From Negaprion brevirostris (lineage: Eukaryota), in NCBI GenBank assembly GCA_030324005.1, contig JARDVH010000130.1, forward strand, positions 44,354,274-44,418,273: a DNA stretch of 64,000 bases. The letters run 5' to 3'. The notes beneath the pieces were generated by a model, which was not told the origin of the DNA, searched no databases, and worked only from the letters and a program-made list of their open reading frames with translations. Made by a program: the position numbers and the translations under genes. Each line of letters begins with the position of its first letter. Position 1 is the stretch's first letter. This document shows, piece after piece, positions 49,339-62,185 of this stretch.

Positions 49339-51271
49339 CGTGGCATGGTTTGTCAACTGTCTATGAAAACAATTGAGTTTGCTTTAACGAAAATTTCACA
49401 GTATTGTTCATGAATCTTCAGAGTGATGCACTGAAACACCCATAACTCTCTCTCTCACCACTTTTCAATTCGGTTCTATGATTTGATATACCCACTTGCA
49501 TAACAGTAAAGCAAAGTTAAACATACTTTGCCAAACAAACAAGCACTTTCACCAATACATTGAGATATTCTCACAATAGTAGAGGCTCATCCACATTTCT
49601 AACATCTGAAAAAAACTTGGAATCACATGTGTTAGGTCATTAATAAAAATAGCAAAGGCCAACTTATTTTCAAAAAATACAGCTAATTATATCTGTTATT
49701 CTTATCACCTAACTGGATAGGATTGCGGCTAGCAGCACCATTGAACAATAGCAATGAGACCTCAAGCAAAATCTTTGGAAATTCTGACTGGCTCAACAAT
49801 CCCTTAGTGATTGTGGCAATCACTGACAATAAGCTCAATTTCTTTCCTGAATGGCAGGGATATATTATCTTTTTGACAAGCTTGATTTATTTGGCCAAAG
49901 AATCACAACCTTCTGGACTTCTGTTCACAGGCAGTGACATAAACAGGTGAACCACCCTAATCTAATAATTAATCCCAAACAATAACTGTATATTGCTCCA
50001 CGTCAACTCAAAAAGAAAATCTTTCAGAAGCTCCATTTCAGCCTCAAGAGCACTGGCCCATATACAATTCCATGTGAACAAAAAAAAGATATATTTCATG
50101 ATATAACATGATGGAACTTCACTTTAATCACACTCAACATAAACACAACCGTTGAGCATGACAGAACAAACACTGGGACACAACTCAAAACTTTGGGATA
50201 AAACATTGACCAACACTTTAATTCCATGAAACAAAAAAACTAACAAAAAACATGAAATCCATTATGAAACTAGTCTTCCAGCAATAAGTACAATGCAGAA
50301 ACCTCATATTGTGGGAAGATGAGAGATCTAGCACTGTAAACAATGTGAACTTCAGGCTATAGTTGAAAACCTAACAAGTCACTCTAGATTGCATTGCAAA
50401 CGTAACATAAGGAACAGAACATGGAAAGAGTAAGATGCGCGAGGATGCAAGGACAAAAAGAATAGAGAATACTGAAAGAAATAAGATGGAGAGATTGGCA
50501 AACAAGTAAAACATGCAGACTGATGTGATTAAAGAAAAAAATGAAAGCGAAGACAAACAATTACTTTGCTGAGCCACTGTACCTACATTCAATTCCACTT
50601 AAATGAACATATAAGAAAATAATGAAAAATTGAAACCATTTTCTATTTGCACCATGGTTAAGCGATTGGCCAATGAAAAACTTAGATCATTTATCACATG
50701 CACACTCGGTAACAATGGTCTATTAAACTATGAGCTCTATTTTACAGCAGCCACAGTTAATCTATTTCCTAAAGATTGCTATTACTGTAATTTTTTTTTA
50801 AATTATCTGGTGCCACTCTGCAATGTACTAACTGGCCCATCAGGCGAGCTAAAGTAACTTTAAAAAAAACATTTCCTGCGGGGCAAAAAGAATTGACTGA
50901 ATCAGTTTGTGAAATATTGCAATACAACATGTTACGGCTTTTAGATTATTTTATACTATACGCTTAAAACAATATCTGCTGCAGTTCAATGGCACAGATT
51001 GGGTTGAATTCCACAATTCATGTTCAATGTGACGTTCAAATTTTTGACTCCCAAAAGTGTTCAACAGATCATAGTATGAAAATTTACACATAAAAATTTA
51101 CATCAGCTTTAAATTATCTTCTCTCATGCCAACAATTTATACCAGTGACAATTATTTAATCAATTGCTGAACGTAACCAAACATAATGGGAACATTTTGA
51201 CCATTTGGTGCCAGTCAGTGTGCATTGTAAACACCAAAGGGGCCATTTCTATGCTGAGCCCATGAAATGTC

Positions 51272-51471
51272 AGCACAGAATCCCTACAGTGCAGAAGGAG
51301 ATATTCGGCCCATCAAGTCTGCACCATCCCTCCGGCAGAGCATCTTACCCAGGACCACTCCCCACCCTATCCCCGTAACCCCACACATTTACCCCACTAA
51401 TCCCCTAACCTACACATCTAAAAGGTAATTTAGCATGGTCAATTCACCTAACCTGCACATCTTTGGACTGT
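51272..51471 (-). mobile_element. HE1-type SINE 3' half
   Basis: acagaatccctacagtgcagaaggag...ttcggcccatcaagtctgcacc...cacctaacctgcacatctttggactgt. Confidence 0.85.
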
Positions 51472-53838
51472 CATGTGGTGCCATCTGTGTCGAAGCTCTC
51501 AATGTGGAATACATAATGGCTTGTGTTATGCAAAGCAGCCAGGCAATAGATTGGCCTAGAAACCATTGTTGGTTACATAAATTTGATGTTTCAGTATGGC
51601 ATTTTGCTGTCCACTCTTTTTGCTGAGGTGTTAACCTCATGGAATTATAATAGTGACAGTATGATGTAATGTGAACAAGTGTTCATTATTGATAATTTTA
51701 TAGCCAAGATATTGCCTCAGTTTTTAAAAAGATTTGTGAAAATCACTGAAGATGTGGCATAAGCAAGGTACCTAATTGAAATTAACTTTACATAATGAAG
51801 CCAAAAGTCATTCCAGCTTCACAGATTATATAGCCTTTAATATTTTTAAAATTTTAAAGCTTTATATCGAACAATCAGGTGTTTCAGTTTAAGACACAGG
51901 ATAGAAATGAATACTTGCATACTAAGTCTCAACTTGGGAAATGCAGTTTGACAGGTTATGGACGTTTAACTAGTGGGCCAGCTTTTCGAAATTTAAACCA
52001 TAATCATAATCTCACACCTTTCTCAAAGTTTAGTATGAAAGAAATCAAAATGTGAACTTATCCATCAACATCAGCTAGATCAGGAATGCTATGAAGTGCC
52101 AACATCTCTAAATGACTAAAGAAATAATAAAGAGCAGCAGCAAATAAACTAGTACACATTGAAATGTTCACTTAGAGTAGAAACAATAATGCAGTGATGA
52201 TAAAACCTTTGGCATACTCACTCAGAATACTGCTTTGCGAATTTTCATTATGTCCTTCAAGTGCCTTGCTTAAATGTTCTTCCCGCTGCTGGTACAACCA
52301 TTAGTTTGGACAGTGACGTCCATTTAAACTCAATATTAGTTTTAATTAAGAAAGTAAAAAGAAAACACAGAATCTACCAGCAAATATGAACTTCAATTGC
52401 ACGCATGTACGAAGGGTTTTATTACCCACTTGTTTCAATGCTTTACCTCATGTCAATGCTTGCACTGACATGGCAAAACATTTAATATCAATAGTTCACC
52501 ATTGCTCAATTAGACTTAAAATTGGTCTCAGAAAACAATTGTTTAAGATGTTGCCTGACTCAATCTATTTTGACTAGGATACAAAGCTGACATTTCAGCT
52601 TGTGTTATCCTGATGGCAGCGAAGTCTAATCACACATAAAATATACAGGTGAAACTCAGCAGTTTTTGAGCATGCAATGGACAATTCTTCAGTGATTAAT
52701 ATTTAGCTGTGAGCAGCTACTGTGCTGACCACCCTGTTGAATGAAAAATCCTTCCTTTATTGAATACCCCAGGCAATGAAGTGAACCATAGCCACTAAAG
52801 GACTAGTACAACCCTTTAGGAAAAAAAACAGAAATAACTATCACCTTCAGTGACCTGCAATGTAAAATCACAACTCCTGTTTAGAATTGCAAATGAAACG
52901 CTGCCTTTGAATCTAAAAGATAAGATCAGTTACACCCAGCACACTGCAAAATGGATTATGAAGCGAATGGTAAATGTATGGAAAAAGTGACCTCCATTTG
53001 ACAGTGAAACACAAAATAGAAACTAATAATGGCTGTACACTTTTTTGAAAACTCCATAAAGTCCTTCTTCCAAATTTGGGGAGGGACTATGGAATTTTTC
53101 TGCCAAATCCTTGTACATTCCTTAGAGTAATAAATGATTACCAAAATAATGATGCTAACCAATTTATTATGGCTTACAGTGGATTTCTCAAGGAACTATA
53201 AAGAAAAATCAGGCACTTAAAAGGGAATGTTGAAAACAGGCATTTGTTCTTGCGAAGTAGGTAATGCTGGCAATTCCACATTTATTGTCTATCCCTATGT
53301 GTCCTGAGAAAAGGGCAGTGAGAATGTGCACCCCCTGGCTACTCTTCATAAAACCAATTAGTATGACGTAAATTGAGATTTGAATAAGAAATGTTATGCC
53401 AAATTGTTAACCAAGTTCGCTCAAAATAAATTTAAAACATTTATAATAATTCTGGTTCCTTGAAAGAAGGGTTTTCTAGGGACTGTACAAATTCTCAGTT
53501 AAATGTTGCATGCCTGAGCAACCAGGAAATTTAAAGCAACCTATTGCATGATTCATGTCACCACTGATTGTAGGAACCATGTGCACCAGGTGTTGGTAGT
53601 TCTTTGTGACCTTTGAGTGATGCCACACTTGTTTAATTCACTTGCCCACACAAGAGGGAATTCGGGTGCTCTTGAAGTTCTCGAAGAAATCACCTTTCAA
53701 AAGTCAGAGTTATGCAAAATATTGTTCCTTTCATTACGTAGAGCATTATATCTGGGTGTTATTAGAGACGAAACACCTGAACAAATATCTTTTCAAGATT
53801 GCATAAAAGAATGAAAGACAAGTAAATAGCCAACGCAG

Positions 53839-54020
53839 CATAAGAACATAAGAAATAGGAGCAGGANNNNNNNNNNNNNNNNNNNNNNNNNNNNNNNNNN
53901 NNNNNNNNNNNNNNNNNNNNNNNNNNNNNNNNNNNNNNNNNNNNNNNNNNNNNNNNNNNNNNNNNNTCCCCTTAATGAATCCGTGCTGCGTCTGCTCTAT
54001 TAAACAATTCTTCTCAAGCA
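53839..54020 (-). mobile_element. Young CR1 LINE collapsed into a 100 N gap
   Basis: Tail cataagaacataagaaataggagcagga on one side and LEKNCLIEQTQHGFIKG on the other; same family as 24525-24912. Confidence 0.85.
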
Positions 54021-55008
54021 TCACTGAATGGGTTTCATTTTGGTCAGGAATTTTGTCTGAAGTTTTAGTTTAGTATTGACCCTTTTTTCCAGCACAGAGA
54101 AACAGAATTACAACTCAGTAACCTGATCAATTATCATTATGTGAAAGAAAGTTGAAGTACCTTCCTCTGATTCATTCACCAAAAACAGATTGTCTATCGC
54201 AGTTATATGGGAGAAGAAACTACTTAAAGCATTAAGCAAAGGATACATTTTATGTCCTAATTTAGATGGGTGGGAAAATATTTGAATACATTACTTCATA
54301 TAATTTATTTACCGCAGAATTATGGTTGGTGTTTAGCATTGGAACTAGTTAAAAACTTGCACCTAAGCCTTAAAATAAAACGTTTACTCATTTTTGCTCC
54401 ATATTTTCCATGCTGGAAAATGATTGGAGTTGGGTACTCTCCAGTACTTCATCAAAATGCATAAACCAAGACACAGGTAGGTAATTCAACAAAGCAGCAT
54501 TGCTTTAGCATTCTTTCCAGCAAGGACTGCATGGGACTTGTCTGGGAAATTTAAACTTCACCCGTAGCTATCCAATACTCTGATTTAAGTTGGAAACTAC
54601 AGATGACCCGACTCTCTTAGCAGAATAGTCAGTTACCCAAGAAGGTTTAGAAAGTTTAAAACCACTTCTAACCATACTTATCCCACCCTCTTCACTGAAT
54701 CCGCCAAATGCCTCTCGTGCCCTACCTACCCATCCATCTCCCCACACCCCTGGACCACCAACTATCCCTCCACCAACCAACACTCCCTCAGACCATCCAG
54801 CACCCCTCCTGCTCCCTGAGCACTTTAACTCTTCACCCACTTACCTTAGCTTCTCAAAGTGACTGAGATCTGGTGTTGCGAATAAGAAAGAGGGCATAGC
54901 TTCACTTTNNNNNNNNNNNNNNNNNNNNNNNNNNNNNNNNNNNNNNNNNNNNNNNNNNNNNNNNNNNNNNNNNNNNNNNNNNNNNNNNNNNNNNNNNNNN
55001 NNNNNNNN

Positions 55009-55280
55009 AGGAGGAAAAATGGCAGGGCTATACTGGTAGGGATTTCAATTGTAAGGGAGATAGACATGTGTTTCTGTGAGTACAAAAGGGCCTCCAGGAT
55101 GGTATGTTGCCTATTTGATGCCAGGGCCAGGGATGTCACAGAACAGCTGCAGGGCACTCTGAAAGGGGAGAGTAAGCAGACAGAGATAATGGTACATATT
55201 GGTACCAATAATGTAGGGAGGAAAAGGGATGGGGTCCTGCAAGCAAAATTTAGGGAGCAAGAAAGTAGATCCAAAAACAG
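55009..55280 (+). mobile_element. CR1 ORF1 SGNH/GDSL esterase-domain fragment
   Basis: GRAILVGISIVREID...MVCCLFDARARDVTEQLQGTLKGE...IMVHIGTNNVGRK (compare VGDSIVR...VHIGTND). Confidence 0.85.
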
Positions 55281-55639
55281 GAGCTACCTGTTTCCCTCCA
55301 GGCCCAGGTCGGAAGTCCGGGTGAGAAATGGGCAGCTCCTGATCTGGATGAGTATAATGGAGCGGAGTAGCAATCTGAGGGGTTTTCCTCTCCACGGAGG
55401 TTCTAGCCCATTAATGTTTTTGCATAAGCTCAGTCATGCAAAGCCATGCTCACATTAGCAGTTAGCCTCAATTTTTCATGCACAAATACATTAGTTACCA
55501 GTGCCTTACAACTGAGCGCACAGGATCAAGCAGATGACCCAGGATGCATTGCAAAGATGCGTGGAGTTTAAGACATACCCACCCTTAGTTCGATGTCGAT
55601 AACACTTCAAAATGGCACCAACCCACACTGGTGATTCAC

Positions 55640-55727
55640 TATTAGATTCGGCACATAAGTTGACGCCTATTTTCGAAGGGATTATCCATGGTTTCAAATG
55701 TCGACTTATATGCTAACATCGACAGTA
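55640..55727. mobile_element. Possible Tc2/pogo-like DNA transposon terminus
   Basis: Internal inverted motif cataagttgac...gtcgacttatatg and a terminus ...atcgacagta ending in TA. Confidence 0.35.
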
Positions 55728-56481
55728 CATCAAACCAATTACCATGTGGCAGCAATCCCCCTTGAAGTCCTCATCCAGTTACCAGGATCTCATCAAAGAG
55801 AGCCTTCTTAGTATTACTGTTTTGGCCCCAGCTCATTATTTACACCTTTCCCACACATGTAACCTAGATNNNNNNNNNNNNNNNNNNNNNNNNNNNNNNN
55901 NNNNNNNNNNNNNNNNNNNNNNNNNNNNNNNNNNNNNNNNNNNNNNNNNNNNNNNNNNNNNNNNNNNNNATCATGGGTGATCCTTCAATCCTTAGCTTAA
56001 CCATATGAATTCATACTGGTTGCAGATATTATTCACACAGTTACAGAAATGGCTGACCCGTTATGTTGCAACAAGGTAGAATACTGAGGAAAAGAAGCAG
56101 TGGTATTTTCCTAAAATTGAGTTTGATCTCAGCACCAATGCAAAGCAAGCAGTCATGTACGTATCTGAGACAAGCAGGATGGGAATTTATGATCTAGTTT
56201 AACATGGAACTAAACGTTTTTGTCTTTATAATGAAAAATACAGCTATTTCATCACACAAAACAAAAAGTACTTGAAAACATCAAACGTTTAACAGTTGAT
56301 TACCATCTGAGACAGAAAGGGACGGTTAACATTGTGATGTGACAGTCAGTTTTTATGGGTCACAGTTGGCTGCTCTTTCAAATGGTGATCAATTTACTTT
56401 TCATTTCCAGCATTTTCTGCTTTTAGTTAAAATTCCAGAATTAATAGCTGGAACTTGCTGACCTTTCATGCTGACATGATA

Positions 56482-56638
56482 GTCAGGTCCCACTGATGGC
56501 ACACCCCCCGCCACAGGTACCATGGCAGCGAGGGGTGCATTCAATGGGAAACCCCCTTGACAATGGGGGATCCCACCGCTGGCCAATGGAAGGCCAACTC
56601 CGTGAAATATGCGGAGGATTGCGCAGAAAATCCTGCCC
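56482..56638. mobile_element. GC-rich MITE-like fragment
   Basis: GC-rich island ending agaaaatcctgccc, like the termini at 14616 and 26285. Confidence 0.45.
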
Positions 56639-56704
56639 AAAGCTTTTCCAATTATCATAGTTTATCAACTGAATTTTGTTCTAAAGTAAAGGATAATGGA
56701 CAGC

Positions 56705-56820
56705 ATCCTGCATTCTCTCGTTTCCTTCTCTATGAACGGTATGTTTTGTCTCTATAGCACACAAGAAACGATACTTTTTACTGTATGTTAATATATGTGA
56801 CAATAATAAATCAAATCAAA
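56705..56820 (+). mobile_element. Rex1/Babar 3' UTR fragment
   Basis: tctctatgaacggtatgttttgtc...gtgacaataataaatcaaatcaaa matches 28030-28135. Confidence 0.85.
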
Positions 56821-59182
56821 GTTGTAAGTGAATTACAAGCCTATAATCCCATTGAGGGGTTCAGATAATATTCAGCTGCTGGCCAAGATTGCGGTATTTC
56901 ATTTTTTTAAGTGTTTTTTTTTTACTGTGTAGTGACCCATTTGACTTAGAGCTTCTCTCAAAGTCATTTCAATTTGAAAAGACTACCCTGTGATTGAAAA
57001 ATGGGCATTAACAGTTTTATGGTACACAGCATAACGGTATAATGGATCTTGAGTAACTTAATACGGTGCAAGCCTTTGAGAAATATTGTAATATACTGTG
57101 ATAGCCGATACTATTTTTCCTGCAACCTGCAGTCGCAAAATAAACTGTTAATATTCAGATACTCATTTAGGCTAATAGCTGAATGGTCACGCTACGATAA
57201 ATATTGCAGCAATAAAGTGCAAACTATTTCACTTAATTTGAATCATAGGAAAGGTACATGGGAATAATCTTGCTACTGGTGTGATGTTTATTATTTTAAC
57301 TGAACACGGTTAAAAACAAACATATACTTAAATAAAGTAATCTTTTCCAAAGTATTTACGTAATCATGGTAGCTTCCTTTGGCTTTGTTACACAATCTCT
57401 GCAAATGGAAACCAATTGTCTCTTTTATACTGTAAAGCACAGCATAATTCTTGATCTGCCATTACTGGCACTGTAACACCAGTCTGTTGAAATGCAAAGT
57501 CCCTGAAGCAGACATGCCTCCATCTACCGAATGTGCTTACTTCAGCTCCTCCAGTGAATGCACTGCAAATTGATCGCTCGCTGCTCCCAGGAGCATTTTC
57601 AAGTCTTCTCACTGCTATTTCACTTCAGCAAATTATGCTTAATTTCATTGTATTTGACCACGCAATGAAATTTACTCTAACTGGACACTTCCTTAGACCA
57701 TGACAGGCTTTGTGGCAGCGTCTTTCTCGTTGGTTTATCAGCACATTTATCAGTGCATTACTACCAGCGCCAGCTCTATGAGGCATAACAGCACTCTCAA
57801 TACTTTGTTTGTATTCAGCAGACTAGCCTTTGCATTCAGTGCTATTACTGTTACTTTTATACATTACTAAATGAACTCCTGGCTGCACTGCAATGTAATC
57901 TCCCACCCACATTTTATGCTGCGATTAAATCCTATCTTCTAGCCCCTCTGGTGATAGACGAAAAGCTGCACTGTACCTTTTCATTAATATAGTAATTCGA
58001 GTCTCCAACATATTTATTTGTCACAGCAGTGTAGTGGCAAACATTATTGAACGTTATTATGCTTCAATTCTCTTGCATGGTCTTTCGACACTAAGGTTTC
58101 AGAACTACATCATCTCTAGTTGCATTATTAACTACATGTCCTAGCTGCTCAATCGACAATACTGATGACACAGTCAGAGAGACAGGTGGTCCATCATGAT
58201 ATATCCTAGTTATAGATATAATACTCCATATTGTGGAAATTGAATTTCTCAGTAATCAATCGCAGATTGTTGATTAAACCTCTTGTGTGAATATTATCAC
58301 ATATCATGGATATAAAGTACAAATCAGCACCCCCTCTCTGGAATCAAATTGACTAAAAACATGTTAAAACACCTACATAAAAGAATTAATTTAGAATTGA
58401 ATCGTAACCGATACCAGCGAGCTGCTTTAAACTTCAATTTCAAGGCTGTGATGTATCTAAACCACTCAACCTTTGCTTTTACAGTATACGCCACCCAAAA
58501 ACCTCAACAAATCACTTTCAGATTCTTTATTATTTTTGTATATGTGATAAAGTAAGGTTTGTTTCAGATAAACAAATAGCAAAACACTGCTGCAATAACA
58601 TTATTCCACAATGTTTAAGTCTTATGATTTGTATTCAGATATTCTTTTGACCTGCAACGTTCATACCAAAAGCGAAAACAAAATGAAACCTCAGATACCC
58701 TCTCATCAACAAACTAGTATGTTTTAGTAAACAAATATTAGAAATGCTGCTCATCCTCAAGGAATGTTACAATTTTACAATGTTTACAATTTTTCCATTA
58801 TCAGAAGTGGAATTTTTTAAAAAAAAGGGCGCTTCAATCAGTTTATACTAAACTGGCCACAATAATCCAGAACAAAATTAGAAGTCTACCTCATCCTTTT
58901 GCAAAGTTTGCATCCCGAAAGCCCTGTAGATACAGGTCAAGTATGAAAGACAAGTCATTAAAGAGATTAATCACGTACCCTTTTCCTTAAGATGCAAAAC
59001 CTATTTTTTTTTCAATGGTTATTTAGAAATGACATTGGTCTGATGCTTTAGAGAATGCTGCAGTTCTTTTTCACATTAAGAGCGCCTGAGAGTTTCAGAC
59101 AAGACTTTGCCTGTTTATCTAACTTCACAGCATCCAAGTTTATTGATGCAATAAATATGCTGTTTTTATTTTGCAAAGAAAG

Positions 59183-59255
59183 TTGATCTGATTTGATTTA
59201 TTATCACTGTAAACAGTGAAAAGTATTGTTTCTTCCACACTGTACAGATAAAGAA
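59183..59255 (-). mobile_element. Rex1/Babar tail remnant
   Basis: tgatttgatttattatcac...acagtgaaaagtattgtttctt is the reverse complement of the tail above. Confidence 0.65.
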
Positions 59256-59479
59256 TTTGCCACGTTTGCTGCTGGTAGATCCACACTGACTGAAACCTAA
59301 ATGTTGCAGCCACACAAAGAAAGATACATTTCAGTAGAACGCAGCTTGACCGTTCTATTTTAATTCAGACACCATTGTCAGGAAATGGTTGAAAAATCCT
59401 TCAAATTTATAGGTAGAACACTCTATACCTCTAAATGTTCCAAACAAAATTGCAATGATACCTGTTATAGTTTTAAAAA

Positions 59480-59815
59480 AATTTGTTCTAGGGATGTGAA
59501 CATTGCTGGCAAGGCCAGCATTTCACCCCTAAATGCTTTGAGAAGATGATGAGCTGCCTTTTTGAACTACTGCAGTCCAAGTGGTGTAGATGCACCCACA
59601 GCGCTGCAAAGAAGGAAGCTCCAGGATTTTTACTCAGTGCATTGATATAGTTCTAAGTCATGATGGTGCGATTTGAAATGGGGCTTGCAGGTGGTGGGGT
59701 TTCCATGTATCTGCTGCCCTTGCCCTTCTACATGGTAGAAGGTGCAAGTTTGGAAATTGCTGTCGCTGGAGCCTTGGCGAGTTGATGCAGATCGCACACA
59801 TTACTGCAACTATGT
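59480..59815 (-). mobile_element. Jockey/CR1/L2-group LINE 3' end
   Basis: gggatgtgaacattgctggcaaggccagcattt...gagctgcctttttgaactactgcagtcc...tatctgctgcccttgcccttcta. Confidence 0.75.
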
Positions 59816-60239
59816 AGGTTAAGTAGAGAGGATTTGATCACACTCCTGACATGACTTCTTCAATTTTAGTGATATACTTTTCCTTCCTATGCACAGTACA
59901 ACATGGCGTTGCCCATGGTAAATTGCTAGAAAGCTGTTTTTGAAGAACAAGAACGTCATACCAAGTAGTCATTTATCCCATGATAACAAAGCTCCTAATA
60001 AATGTCCCCTCCGGAATTCTTGCATATGAATCTAAATTTAGTACATGATCAAAATGTTTGCTGTTATTTTTAAACTGCAGGAGTATTCAAGTTTTCATTG
60101 ATACAGAAGGAATATAACAAAGCTCTGTTCTTCAAGATTCTGGTCATTCTAATATATTACAAAGAACTACAGCTTGTAGGTATTCTGAATAACATGTTTA
60201 TTTATGATGCACATGGAGCCCCATGGTTACTATAATCAT

Positions 60240-60648
60240 CCAGGACAAAGTAACTGCTTAATTGACACCCCATCAACCACCTTAAACATTCATTGCTTCC
60301 ACCACCAGCACACTGTGGCAAAAGTGGGCATCCATCTGTAAGATGCACTGCAACAACTTACCCAGCCTCCTTTGACAGCACCTTACAAACCACCTAGAAA
60401 AAAGCAGCAGTGGTATGTCAGCACCATCACCTGCAACTTCCCCTCCATGCCACACACCATTCTGACTTGGAACTATATCGCCATTCCTTCACTGTTTCTG
60501 GGCCAAAACCTTGCAACTGACTTCCTAACAGCACTGTGGAGTCACTCTCACTACAGTAGTTCAAGAAGGTGGCTCACTACCACCTTCTCAAGGGCAATTA
60601 GGGATGGACAATAATAGCTGGCCTCATCAGCCACGCTCACATCATTAA
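60240..60648 (+). mobile_element. Same LINE family, 3' end, plus strand
   Basis: caccatcacctgcaacttcccctcc...tgacttggaactatatcgccattccttc...ttcaagaaggtggctcactaccaccttctcaagggcaattagggatgg. Confidence 0.8.
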
Positions 60649-62185
60649 AAAACATCAATTGTCATTTAATTTTCCTTGTTCTTTGCCATAAACAAGGATT
60701 TTGAGGCTGCATTGGGTCTTACTGTTTAAGATAAAAATAGCAAAGCATGAGAATTCTTAATGTTGCAGCACGGTTACCACTCTGAAGAAAAGACTCTGAA
60801 TTGATTGCAATTATAGACCTGATGTCAAGTAATATCGATATCCACAGCCAATCTCATTAATACTGCCTCAAATGGTTTCCTTCGAGCCTAGAAATATCTA
60901 CTACAGAGCCTATGGAAAGAGCCACAGTTACTTTCACGAAGGAGATGTTTGATATTGTCAAGGTTGGTGACATTCGCAATTTGTATATTATCATCATCAT
61001 TACAGTTCCAGAGTCTTTCAAGATGTTTGATCTTGGAGTCCGTGGGTTTTGACAGGTAACCGTGGCTTCAAGTCAAAGCCACCAGACGTTTATCAAATCT
61101 TTTCTGAAACTTGAACTGGAAAGAGGATACTGCCCAGAATGCAGACAGTAGTTCAATATCCCTCAAAGCAAATTAAATCTTGGTACAGGCAAAGTTAGTA
61201 CTCCGCAGCGTTTAGTAATTCTTAAAACCCAGTACTAACCTATGCATATCTTTGGTAGCTTGACTTGATGCTGAGACTATAAGGACATAAAAACTTAACC
61301 AATTTTGTACTACTGAAAAATGTTGAATGTCATTTTGCTGTCTTCCTCAATTACAATACACCCAGAGCCATGGGAGAGTTACCCATCTGGACTTCTTACA
61401 ACCTGACTTTCCTCCATATNNNNNNNNNNNNNNNNNNNNNNNNNNNNNNNNNNNNNNNNNNNNNNNNNNNNNNTTACCTAATGGGAATCAAAAATATATT
61501 CCAACATTAACTATTAAAAAACAGACGTAGCTGTCGTCTTTAGTTAGAAAGGAAGGATCTAATATCCAGAAAGAACTTTTATTATTAATTGTAGCCTCTG
61601 TCAGAGACCTGCCATTTCAGGCCTCAAATTTGCTGGAGCACCACTCAATGATAGGCCCTTTGGAACTCCCCCCTGGTTGGATGAGTGATTGACATTTTTT
61701 TCCAGTCATTCTTACCATTGGAAAGCATCAGAGAACAGTTGAGTAAACAGGAGAACATAATTAGCACCCAATTTTCTGGCCTTCATTGCTGCCAGATCGA
61801 CGTCCAGTACTAAACAGGATATTGATCAGTGCTGAACTCCATGAACACAAAGCTGACAGCAGCTGAATAGGTTTGAATAAAATGGCTGGAATCCTGCAGG
61901 GTTGGAGGTATTAATAAGATTCTCCCTATCCATCTTTGCAAACTAGATGGGAAAATAGTATTTACACATAGTACTTCCCCTTACACTTCCTTTGAGAGAA
62001 AACATGCAATTTTCAAACATAAAAGAATCACAAAACAAACAAAACTTCCATCCTTTCATTTGCCAAAAAAATTCTCTAATTATATCATCCACACTTTTTA
62101 AAAATTCATTTAGGTGATGCGAGCATCATTGACTAGGCCGGTATTTACTGCCCATCCCTAGTTGCTCTTCAGTGAGCCGACTTAA

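Noticed and set aside
54680-54845. C-rich tract (G-rich on the transcribed strand), possible G-quadruplex
   Set aside because: Irregular low-complexity sequence next to a gap and a CR1 fragment; no evidence of function.
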